Assembly (NCBI RefSeq): GCF_028641065.1
Contig: NC_073377.1
Coordinates: forward strand, 31,744,001 to 31,808,000
Origin: Leucoraja erinacea
Lineage: Eukaryota
Direction: 5' to 3'
DNA length: 64,000 bases
In this document: one piece after another, positions 11,406 to 22,544 of the stretch
Numbering within the stretch: position 1 is the first letter of the stretch
Layout of the letters: each line of letters begins with the position of its first letter
Notes under the pieces: model-generated
What the model was told of the DNA's origin: nothing
Seen by the model: the letters and a program-made list of their open reading frames with translations, nothing else
Database searches by the model: none
Position numbers and translations under genes: made by a program

Positions 11406-13578
11406 TTAGGATAGCCACCGACTCCTCAACCATAATACCACGGTCCTCATCTCTATTTCCTGTCCCAACTTCTGTAGTCGGCATGCATTTCTCCACAGTA
11501 CAAACAGAGGAAAGATTGAAGACCTTGCTCATCTCCTGCGGCTTTTCATATGGGTGACTGCTTTGGTTTCTGAGTTGCCCTATTCTCTCACTCTAGCTAC
11601 CCTCTTTCCCTTATTATTTTATACCTTTGGATTCTCCTCAATCTTATCTGACAGCTATCTCTTGTCCCTTTTTTTCCCCTCCTGATTTCCTTCTTATGTA
11701 TGCACCTTAGTCCCCTAAATACCTCCATGGATACATTTGATCCCAACTGCTTACACCTGACCCATGCCTCCTTATTTTTCCTGACCAGAGCCTCAATTTA
11801 TCTCATCATCCCGGCTTCCTTACTCCTGTATGGTGATACTCATACTGAACTGTATACAAACATGAATTTCAATGTACCTCAGTACATGTGACAATTAAAG
11901 TACCATACCATACCCACCAGTATTTCCCTTCACTTTAAGAGGAACATGAATGCCCCAAACTTTCAGCATCACAATTTTAAAAGCATCCCACTTTCCGGAG
12001 TCCCTTCATTCGCAAACAACCACAACTTTTGCGAGTTCCTGTCAAAGTTGGCCTTGCCCCAATTCTGAACTTTAATTCACTGACCTGCCCTGTCCTTATC
12101 CTTAACTATTTTAAAACTAATAGAACTGATAACCCATTCTTACCGTAAAGAAAATAATTGCTGGATTGTCCACATTGTAATAGATGCTCTGTATTACAAT
12201 ATTCCATACTGTATATAATGTAACATTATTTCATACTGTTATACTGTAACATTCAATGGTTATGTAAAAGCTAGTTACTGATTTATATTTGCTCCGAGTT
12301 ATAGCCATCTTTAACAGCACCACCTGAGATGTTATTAAATATTTTCTAATACTCCAAGAAAATAATATTCAATTATTTTAATTAATGCTGAAATATGAAA
12401 CCATTTTCGAAATACTCCTAAATGTTCTTTGATTGAACATCGAAAACTTCAGAATTTTCCCAATGCCAAATGTTAAGCAACTTGTCTTATAATTTGTATG
12501 TTAATCTTAACTCTTTTTTTTTCAATAACAGAGTTATATTTCCCTTTGTCCAGTTCTCGGTTACAGCCCTTGTAGGATTTTCTCATTAACCTTTTGAAAC
12601 TTGGTTTAATAAGTTCCTGAGCTGCGTGTTAAATTTAGACACATACACAAAGGGCAGCTTCCTTTTCATTCACTTCATTAAATTAAAGAAATATCATCGT
12701 TACACAACCCCAATATACCACAGAGGTTAACAAAACATAGTAAGCATTTCAACCATAAAAGTAAGTGGGTCTTATGAGCTCAATTTACATTTAACTTTAA
12801 GGCTATTCCTTGGTGCAATGTATTATTCCTGATCAGTCCTTAATGATCTCCAGGTCAAGCTCTCTTTGTATTCTGGTTTCACACCACTGGCATTTTTAAT
12901 GTCTTCTGATCCTTTGCTCTTCTGTCCTGCATTAGTTTCCACAGAATAGCTGGAAGACACAATTATCATTGAATTTAGCAAAATTGCCTCCTTTCTCTCG
13001 CCTCTTATGCTGAGCACAGCTCAGCGAAATATCCCACAATGAGCACTGTCATTCAAAATTCCAGTCAGTTGTTTTATAACACGAAGCAGGTTTTGACTAC
13101 CTATTCTCAAGCTTCCTTGGAGCTTTCCTGAAATCACATGTTTTACTGATTCATATTTGCATTACAGATTTCTGAACCAAATTGACCTATTCTCAAATTT
13201 ATTCACAGTAATTCATATGTGAAGACTTTGTGAAATAAAAATCATTTAATAGAGCTAATATTTTCTCATTCTCTGTAAAATCTCCACATAACTCATCATT
13301 TAATGGACCTATCTGCTTTTCAATACTCCATCTGCTACTTACATAGCCGAAAATAATGTTTTGGGTCCCTCTTGGTGTTATCTATATTCTGCTTCACTAA
13401 TGTGCTCACCACCTTCTCTAATACCCATTTAAGTTAAATTCAACTGTGTATTATAACTTCCCATTGATAATGATTTGGCACTCATAATTTAAAAAGTTTA
13501 TTATTTTTATTCTAGCAAATGGGAGAACAACCCTTGCAACTGAAACACAATGCAGCAAAGGCAACATGTAAGGCCTAC

Positions 13579-13709
13579 AGTGTAGGAAGGAACTGCAGAT
13601 GCGGGTTTACACTGAAGCCAGGCACAAAATGCTGGAGTAACTCTGTGGGACTGGCAGCATCTCTGGATAAAAGGAATCGGTGACATTTCTGGTCGAGACC
13701 CTTCTTCAG
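13579..13709 (-). mobile_element. 131-bp Penelope-derived short element with 13-bp TSD
   Basis: TSD atgtaaggcctac at 13566-13578 and 13710-13722; minus strand begins at CTGAAGAAGGGTCTCGACCAGAAATGTC. Confidence 0.85.
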
Positions 13710-13939
13710 ATGTAAGGCCTACCTCAAGAGTCAAGTTTCAAGATTGCTTTATTGTCTACATCAATTACATTAAAATAAAATAATTCTGGTCATTGTTGCA
13801 ACAAGCTTGGTCTGTGTCTCCATATTTATTTTAATTCAGTAACCTTGAATAGTCACTACTGGGGAGTAAATGAATGAATGAATTAATTAATACGTTTGTT
13901 GGCCAAATATTCAAATACAAGGAGTTACATACAAGCAAC

Positions 13940-14248
13940 CTTTCAAAGGTTGTGACAATAAATGCCTCAACCACCTTCTCTGGCAGCTTGTCCCATATAC
14001 CCACCACCGTTTGTGTGGAAAGGTTGCCCCTCAGGTTCTTATTAATCTTCCCCTTCTCACCTTAAACCTATATCCTCTGGTTCATGATTCCCTTACCCAG
14101 GGTAAAAAAAGCTGTGCGGTTAGCCCATCTAATTCCTTCATGATTTTATACACTTTTATAAGGTCAACTCTCGTCCTCCTGTAGTCCCAAGATAAAGTCA
14201 TAGCCTGCTCAATATTTCCCTAAAGCTCAGGCCGTCGAGCTCTGGCAT
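13940..14248 (-). mobile_element. CR1 ORF2 C-terminal fragment
   Basis: Minus strand gaggggcaacctttccacacaaacggtggtgggtatatgggacaagctgcca (RGNLSTQTVVGIWDKLP). Confidence 0.7.
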
Positions 14249-14260
14249 AATAGATATATC

Positions 14261-14440
14261 AGGATCAGGAGAGGAGATCCATGGAGAGGAGCGAATACCA
14301 CCTGAACACAAGTCGTGGTCTGATCAACCACGGCTGGGTCGCCTGGGTGAGGGTGTCTGCTGTTGAAAGCCCCGAAACACCCAGTGACCACAGGTTACAT
14401 CACTGATGATGTGTTCAGGAGCATCAATAAATGTATTTTT
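14261..14440 (+). mobile_element. 3' end of Hero-like (R2-group, RLE endonuclease) non-LTR element
   Basis: IRRGDPWRGANTT* then gtcgcctgggtgagggtgt...ccgaaacacccagtgacc...ggttacatcactgatgatgtg and AATAAA; resembles my recollection of fish Hero 3' ends. Confidence 0.55.
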
Positions 14441-14817
14441 ATCTATATAATTATTTGTTTTCATATTTTGTTGAGAATATTTAATGACTAATCAGTTAGG
14501 ATTAAGATAAATAACAAAAGAAGCCCATCTTTTCCCAGAATAGTGATTGCAACTGATGATGTTTTACAAAGTATTACATCAAATATTTTGGAGGGGAATA
14601 AAATGCTTTTGTCTTCCTCATGCATGTGCTATAGGATTCCTCTCCTGTCATTTAATTCTGACCTGCTTTGCTATTAATGTTTGTGTCTTAACCCATCAAT
14701 CTCTTATAATTTGAAATTTAATTACAAGTATTTTTCTCTTCACCTTAAAACTTCTCACAACTTAGCTCATTTACTTTGTTTTCCCTCCTGTTCTCTATTT
14801 TAATGCGTACAGTTAAA

Positions 14818-15510
14818 AGGGCCTGTCCCACTTACGTGACCTTGGCACGCAAATTACGTGACCTTGTGGTCGCCTTGAGGCGCATGGGCATTGTGTGGCC
14901 GTGTGGGGCCGGTCCCACTGAGAAGCGTGGAGGGGTATGTAGTTGAGCGCGACATCGCGCGGGGCTCCGAAATTTTTCTAGCGAACATAATCTTTGCGCG
15001 CCAATGGCCTGTCGCGTAACTGACGGCCAAAGTGGGACAGGCCGAAGACCCTGGCGCGACACAACGTCTCACCTCCAACAGCAGCAGAAGCAGGCAAACG
15101 ATCGCCAAACTCGGCCTGGGGCTCACGGCCGTTGCAGTCCGGACCCGCTCCCACTTCTATTCCCAGAGTGGGGCTAATAAAATTGAAGATGGACACAAAA
15201 TGCAGGAGTAACTCAGCGGGACCGACAGCATCTCTGGAGAGAAGCAATGGGTGACGTTTCGGGTCATGATCCTTCTTTTCAGACTGAAGAAGAGTCTCGA
15301 CACAAAATAACCAATTCCTTCTCTCCAGAGATGCTGCCGGTCCCACTGATTTACTCCGGCATTGTGTCCATCTTCAAATGATGTCACGCGCTCCAGACGA
15401 CTGTGCGTACGCATGAAATCGCGCACGACCTTCGCGGGACCGTCGCGGCACAACGCAACCTCGAGGTCGCATAATTTGTGTGCCAAGGACACGTAAGTCA
15501 GACAGGCCAT
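14818..15510. mobile_element. PIF/Harbinger-type MITE with an internal Penelope-derived palindrome (about 15183-15378)
   Basis: About 50-bp TIRs gggcctgtcccacttacgtgaccttggcacgcaaatt / aatttgtgtgccaaggacacgtaagtcagacaggcc; TAA flanks. Confidence 0.85.
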
Positions 15511-15704
15511 TAACACTTCAGTACCTTGAGGTCTTGTGTAATGTAAGATACATTGCAGAAATATGAATTACGCAAAGCTTCAGGTCTTCTGATTGTTGTA
15601 GCTCATGCATTTTACATTGGGGATTAGTACTGTTACACTTTACAAATTCCTTGTCTGATACATGTCATTTTTGTGTTGGCACAATCAAAACTACATATTG
15701 TATC

Positions 15705-16343
15705 TGTTGGAGTAAATGTCAGAACCAGAGAGGATGTTGGGATACTTGACTATGTGGACACTACTAAATGCTTACTGAACATTACATTTGTTGGCTAGAT
15801 GGCTCAGTGGAGAAAAAGACATAGCAAAGTCACAAGGCCAGATGATGAGTCCCTGCAATAACCAAAATATAGATACGGTTGAGCCACATTGGCTGAAAAA
15901 CATGATTAAGTTGCTAAGGGGCTGCTAAGGGTTGATTGGCTAAGTAAGTAAGTAAGTTTATTGGCCACGTATTCACATACAAGGAATTTGCTTTGGGACT
16001 CCGCCCACAAGTAACAACATGATATACAGTGACAGTTACGAATGACTCAGAAAACACTAAACATCATTAATGTTTTATTATTAATAATAAAACACCATTG
16101 ATCAAGCATGTGAACCAACAAAATACAAGATCATAGGTGTTGCTAAGGGGCTACTAAGAAGTTGCTGAGGGATTGATTGGCTAGGAAGTTGCTAATGGGT
16201 TGACTGGCCCCTCATCTAACCTGCCATTCCCCAATCACTCTGGGAAAAGGTACGTGGGGTCTTGACTCTTCTCCAAGAGCACTGCTGACAATAAAGTTGC
16301 TGCTTTCTTCTTACTCAGGTCTCAGTGAATATTTTCACTAACA
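15705..16343 (+). mobile_element. Solo LTR with 5-bp TSD, interrupted by a LINE 3' tail (about 15941-16135, minus)
   Basis: TGTTGG...CTAACA termini, TSD GTATC at 15700-15704 and 16344-16348, AATAAA at 16290-16295. Confidence 0.8.
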
Positions 16344-17019
16344 GTATCTCATGGATGGTCCAAGCAGCACATTGGTAATTTTGAGGAATATTCCTTTGGA
16401 TTGTTTTCCATTCCACACATGTGTCCAAGAATTCTACCTAAACATTGATACAACAAGTCAACATTACTCTCAGACTTTCCCTCTTTAATTCAAAATTAAT
16501 TCATCTTATTCTTGTGCTTCCCATTATATTCACATTTATATGCAGCTATTTACATTTATCAGAATTACATCTCATGTGTGACATCCCTGAATGGCATTAC
16601 TGATAAAAGTCCTTTTGTAAATTATTGCCTGAATTACCTACTTTGACTTCCCTCCTTAATTTGATCAAATATTTGACAAGTGTGTAAATGGGTATTAGTA
16701 TAGGAGCAGGTCAGTCCATGTTGGGAAGATCTAAAGAGGCACTTTATGTCCATTTGTAAAGGTGATTTTAAAAATTATATATTATTTGCCAGTTGTTCTA
16801 ATGTAAATTATCACATTTGAAGCTGTCACTTATGATTTCATATTTCATATTTTATTTGTATAATTTCTTTAAACATAGAAGTTTATTTAGTCCATCAGCT
16901 CCAAGCAGATGCTCAGAAAAATCTCAACAATCCTACTCTCACAGTTATTTTTGGTGTAATCCATTCTGTCTCCACCATGATTCTTCTGCCATCCAACCAC
17001 CCCAGAAGTAAATTACAGT

Positions 17020-17470
17020 AACCAATTAACCTACCAGCTTACATATGTTTGGAATCAGGGAAGCAAACAGCAGCGCAGGGAGAAATCTACATGGAGAACA
17101 TGCGGAGAACATGTAAACACTCCACAGACAGCACCAGAGACCAGGATCAAACTTAGGCTAGTTACAAAATGCTGGAGTAACTCAGCGGGTCAGGCAACAT
17201 GCCTGGAGAACTATCCATGTTCTGACTCACTGAGTTACTGCAGAATGTTGTGTCTTTCCTTGGTAAACCAGCATCTGCAAGTTCATAAGTTCATAAGTTC
17301 TAGGAGCAGAATTAGACCATTTGGCCATCAAATCTACGCTGCCATTCAATCATGGCTGACCTATCTTTCCATCTCAACTGCATTCTCCTGCCTTCTACCC
17401 ATAACCCCTGACACCCTTACTAATCATTTATTGTTTCTACATCAAACCTAGGTTGTTGGAGCTGTGAAGT
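17020..17470. mobile_element. Nested cluster: V-SINE (minus) interrupted by a Penelope short element and a CR1 3' tail
   Basis: SINE 17020-17160 resumes at about 17445; Penelope-type segment 17162-17282; CR1 tail 17283-17425. Confidence 0.6.
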
Positions 17471-17487
17471 AGCTACAAGCCACCCTG

Positions 17488-18577
17488 ATCATCATCATCA
17501 AACGAGTATGACTGTCCTCTCCTCTCCATAGGATCGTCTACTTGTGGGTCTGCAGATGTCTGTAGAGGCCGATCCGCGATCTACATACCTTGGTGCAACG
17601 TGGGCAGTGGAGACTGGCGGTGGTTTGTAGTTATCGAGCCCCCACCTCTCTCTCCTTGCGGTGCTGTTGCTTTGTTTCTGTGACACGGCGTAGCTCCATT
17701 TCATGACGTGCAGCTCCTTCCTGCACGGATTTCCTCCAGGAGCACCTGTCCAGAGCAATTTGCTCCTGGTTGCTCAATGTGATGAGGAGTTTCTTCAGAC
17801 TGTTCTTGATGTTTTCCTTGAAGCATTTCTTTGGCTCGCCGGGGACCTGCCGACCTTCCTTCAGTTGAGAGAACTTCAGACTGTTCTTGATGTTGTCCTT
17901 GAAGCATTTCTTTGGCCTGCCGGGGGCCTGCCGACCTTCCTTCAGTTGAGAGAACAGGATCTGTTTAGAGAGACGTGTGTTGGACAGGCGGATGACATGA
18001 CCTGTCCCATCATGTTGGCTTCCTCCAAAACGTTGGTGCGTTTGACCTCCCAGCGGATCCTCAGAATCTTTCGTAAGGATCTTTGATGGTATTGGTCCAG
18101 GGCTCTCAGGTGCCTGCTGTAGGTGGTCCATGACCCGGCTCCATACAACAGGGTGGAGAGCTCAACGGCTCTGTAGACCAGCAGTTTTGTTTGAGTCTTT
18201 CGGTCTTGGTCTTCAAAGACTCTTTTCCTGAGTCTGGCATAGGCTCCGCTGGCACAACTCAGGTGATGGTTGACCTCAGAGTCGATGTCAGCTTTTGAGG
18301 AAAGATTGCTGGCAAGGAAGTGGTCAACGTTTTCAAGAGTGGTGTCGTCCACTTTTATAGTGGGCTGGGTAGACGGCTGGTTGGATGGAGGTTGATGTAG
18401 GATCTGGGTCTTCTTGATGTTTAGGGCTAGGACCATGGCTCTGTATGCTTTGGCAAAGACCTTCAGGACAGCCTGGAGGTCTTCTGCAGAGTGTGCTGCA
18501 ATTGCGCAGTCGTCCACGTACTGAAGCTCCATGATGGCGGTGTTATTGACTTTGCTATTGGCCTTCAACCTGTTAAG
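17488..18577 (-). pseudogene. 5'-truncated RTE-clade LINE
   Basis: ELQYVDDCAI, LALNIKKTQ, TLLYGAGSWTTY, HQRSLRKILRIRW motifs (ORFs 17942-18598 and 17631-18131); (GAT)n tail at about 17488-17499. Confidence 0.9.
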
Positions 18578-19424
18578 GCCAAGGCAATTACATTTCACAA
18601 GCAGCAGTGCTCAGTTAGTCTGTTTGTGATGATGTTGACTGAGAGACTAGATCAGATCCTCAACAGCTATGCACACAACATTCCTTTTATTTAACAAAAT
18701 GTTATGACTGATCTGAATTTAAACTAATATTTCCCACAAACGATAACTCTCACCATAACCAAATATTCTCTCAAAACTATACTGTGGCAACTGTATGTGA
18801 ACAATGTGAAAGTTTAAGTTTGGGAACAATTTGAAAGGTTTGACCCAATATTGAGTTCCTGACAAAATGTATGTGAAAAATGGGATTTCAATTCTGTTAT
18901 CCTAAAAGAGCAAGGGCCAGTTCTCTACTACATTCCACTGAGGTTAGATGACTAAGAGGATTTAGGGGGGAATTAACAGGACGACTGGGTGGGTCTCACA
19001 TTCTCGTAAACATTTACATATGATTGGTTCAAGGACATGGGCACAAAATTTAAATTTTGCAAAGATTTTAATGTTAGATTATTTTTTCCATTTTTCCCAG
19101 TTTTCACCAGGTTTGGCCTGCTCGATTTAGGACAGGAATGTGGTGGATAAACCATTCTACACCTTGTCATATTCACAAAGGAATTCACGCGAGGAATGCA
19201 ACCAGTCTTACCTGCGAAGTTGGCCATTTCATGCAAAGCTGTGCTGGTGGTATTATTGCTTTCGAATGTTTTTGCCCAAAGTTCACTGATTGACTTTATC
19301 CAAAGGTTTTCATTAATCTTTATTTGGATGCCTTATGTTTTAAATCTATCACAAGGTGATAATACTAAACTAAACAGAAACTAAAACAAAACATAAACTA
19401 AAATGTGGACTGAGAAAGATAAAA

Positions 19425-19705
19425 CATTTAGATATTCAGCCCAATGAGTACGTGCCGACCAGTAATCCCCTTACACTAGCACTATTCCACACACCAGGGG
19501 CAATTTACTATCTTTACCAAGCTAAATAACCTACAAACCTGCACGTCTTTCGAGTGTGGGAAGAAACCGGAGCACCCGGGGTAAACCCACGCGATCACGG
19601 GTAGGACGTACAAACTCAATACAGACAGCTGACGTAGTCAGGATCGAACCCAGGTCTCTGACGCTGTAAGGCAGCAACTCTACCACTGTGCCTCCATGCC
19701 ACCTC
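19425..19705 (-). mobile_element. V-SINE (HE1-like)
   Basis: B-box gggttcgatcc and V-domain on minus strand. Confidence 0.8.
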
Positions 19706-21239
19706 AGATAATTACAACAAATAATAAATCCCCAGCTTTAACAATCTTTGCATGGTTTATTTTCCACTATTGGCAATTGCTGATCCCCAACCTGTGATAT
19801 TCGGTCTTTTAATTTTCATTTGGATAGATCAATTATCAAATTGGCCATATGCATTCTTGTTAGGTGTAAACACTGATATAACAATTTTTCCTTTGGAAAT
19901 TATAAATGGGTTTTTTTCTCATATGCTTGCCCCAAGTACCAAATAAGCAGAATTAGAATAAAGATAACATATAATTTACCATTTTTAATATCCATTATGT
20001 TCAAATGTGTCTATTAGGACCAGCACAGCTTATTCCTGCTAAGCTAATATATGTTTTGATGGCATACAATGTTGTGAACATCGCACAAACAATGCAACCT
20101 GTTAAAATGCACAATTCTTTTCACCCTCTTAATGTGTAAACATGCAAACCTTTTCATCCTGACTTGTTAAAGTAATTTTAAATGGCAGCCAAAAAAAACA
20201 GACAATACCATGATTCCTTACCTATATATATAAACTTGAGACAGAAAACTCTGCACCATTAACAGAGCAGATATATTTCTTCAGTTTGCTGCATATTGAT
20301 TACAATGACCAGCATTGACAAGGAAGGTAGTGAAGGGGAATCTCAATATTCCCTGGTGTCTTACCTATTGATTATAATTAGTCCTACACTAGGAACAGGG
20401 GATCTGTATTCTTTTCTCCTGGTGAATTAACTATCAATTACAACCAGCTTCCACTGGCAATTGAGAAATCTAATATCCTTATTTGAACTACGTATTGATT
20501 GCATGTATCCATAACTAACTAAAGGTAATAACTAGAAGACACCGTTTGTTGTTCCCAATGAGCAACCTATCAATTACATGTAGCCATATTAGCTAACTAC
20601 CGTAGGTTTGCTTCAAACACATAAACTAGGATCAGTGCATGAATCTGAAAAACCAACAATGCAGGCTTATTCTCCTTAACATTAATAGTTCAATGGTACT
20701 TCATTATCACATGTACGTAGGTACAGTGAACCTAGGTTTGCATACAATTCAGTAAAATTATTCTATAACTAAATAAGCACAATCAGAAATACATACAAAA
20801 ATGCAATGATTGTAGTCTAAGAATAATAGACAACCCATAACCCTCTACATGCGCCTGTCCAGATACAAGTTCTAATCATATCTATGTTACTAAAAATCTG
20901 TTCTTGACCGGTTTTGGCGATCTGTGCTGCGATTTCTGAGAGAGCGCCGCCACCTACGGCCGTCATTTTTGGCCACCTCGCTCAGAGCCCCCCTCCGCCG
21001 CAAGTGTGTCGAGGATTTTTCCAGTCGAAGAAAAATGACAGAGATATTAATGATTTTACAAAATTCCCCATTCTCTCTGCTGCCCCCGCTGGCGGCAGGG
21101 GGGATGGACTATAAAACCAGGAAGTGGTGTGCCTCAATTAGTCTGCAAGCTGGAGGAAGGCAGAGGGTCATGTTTCTCTGAGCTATGAATAACACAGAAC
21201 ACATGTCCACACAACTGTGAGTAAGTACCTTTAATGTGG

Positions 21240-21384
21240 ATAGGCATATTGTTGAGAAGGGAATGGAGGGTTATGGTATGAGTGCAGGCAGGTGGGACTA
21301 AGGGAAAAAAGTTGTTCGGCACAGACTTGTAGGGCCGAGATGGCCTGTTTCCGTGCTGTAATTGTTATATGGTTATATGGTTAT
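21240..21384 (+). mobile_element. Short CR1 3' tail inserted in a Helitron
   Basis: (GGTTATAT)n tail; TSD ATGTGG at 21234-21239 and 21385-21390; absent from the homologous position of the Helitron at 36944 (about 37290). Confidence 0.8.
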
Positions 21385-21477
21385 ATGTGGTTTGAAAATG
21401 AAAATATGGTTAAAGTAAAAAAGCACTGCCTGCAAATGGTTGTTTGGGGGGTTTGGGTTGAAATAAAAAGGCACTAT

Positions 21478-22015
21478 CTCCCCCCCTCTCCTCTCCTCCC
21501 CCCCTCCTCCCACCTCTCACCTCCCACTCCCCTCACCTCACCCCCCTCTCAGCACACCCCCCTCTCCTCTCTCTCCCCTCTCCTCTCTTCCCCTCTCCTC
21601 TACCTCCCCTCTCCTCTCCCCTCTCTCTTTCTCTCCTCTTTTTCTCCCACTCCTCCCCTCCATCCCCTCCACCCACCGTCCCCCCCCTAAAACCCCTCCC
21701 CTAAACCCCCTCCCCCTCCACACACCCCTACCCCCTTCCTTCCCCCCTCCCTGCTCCCCACCTCTCCCCCTCCCTCAACTCTCCCCCTCCCCTCACCTCT
21801 CCCCCCCCCCTCCCCCCCCCCTCCCCCCACCTCTCCCCCCCTCTCTCCCCCTCACTCTCACCCTCTCTCTCTCCTCCCCTCCACCCCCACCTTACCCCTC
21901 TCACCCACCCTCCCTCTTCTCCCCCTCGCCACCCCCTCTCCCTCTTGCCCCTCTCTCTGTGTCTCTGCCCCTTCTCTCTCTGCCCTCACTCTCTACCTCC
22001 CCTCCCCCCCTCTCT
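21478..22015. repeat. Polypyrimidine (C/T) low-complexity tract inside Helitron
   Basis: Almost purely C/T for about 530 bp. Confidence 0.95.
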
Positions 22016-22243
22016 AGATGTGACTGCAAGTTGGGGGGCTATGCGTCAGTAGATAGGGTGGTTATGGGGTAAAAGGAGCAAATTAATAATATTAATATAA
22101 TATCAAGGGGGGTAATTAGCGTGAGTGTGGGGGGGGGGGATAGTTAGTGTGTGTGACGCTGCATGCCGTCTCCCCCCCCCCCCCCCCCCCCCACACAACC
22201 ACACATTGGGGGAACAGACCCAACGGGTCTGCACTTGGTCTAG

Positions 22244-22510
22244 TATTTGTTAAAATTCTGATCTTGTTAGTGTGTATATGTGTGTGTATATGTGGTTGTC
22301 TTTACATCTTTGCAAAAACAGTACGCGATAACAATTACATTTTTACATACTATGATTGACATTTTTCCCGTCGAGGCCGGGGACATCTTATCTGAGCATT
22401 TCATGCTTTATTTCTCAATTTATTCTCAACTCATTACTGAATAAGTCAAAAGACTGAAATTAACACCATCAGCTTCAAATGATGACGTCACAGTGGCTCA
22501 GCTAGCAAAG
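22244..22510 (+). mobile_element. Older Helitron-like 5' fragment
   Basis: tatttgttaaaattctgatcttg resembles the tctatattactaaaactctgatcttg 5' motif of the other Helitrons here. Confidence 0.4.
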
Positions 22511-22544
22511 ACATGCCTGACACCTCGTTCCAGATACGAACTAT

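Larger units (their letters stand above)
8905..12125 (-). mobile_element. Old CR1 ORF2 fragment split by a MITE
   Basis: Minus strand ...VEESVAIL (right of the MITE) continues in frame into RGMKVDKSPGPD (8905-8942) once the insert is removed. Confidence 0.7.
20881..22243 (+). mobile_element. Non-autonomous Helitron
   Basis: A|TC 5' end (20880|20881), hairpin CAGACCC-AAC-GGGTCTG at 22215-22231, CTAG|T 3' end at 22240-22243, no TSD. Confidence 0.85.

Noticed and set aside
21292-21723. Pro/Ser/Leu-rich and Arg/Gly/Glu-rich ORFs (also 63703-63927)
   Set aside because: Translations of polypyrimidine or polypurine tracts
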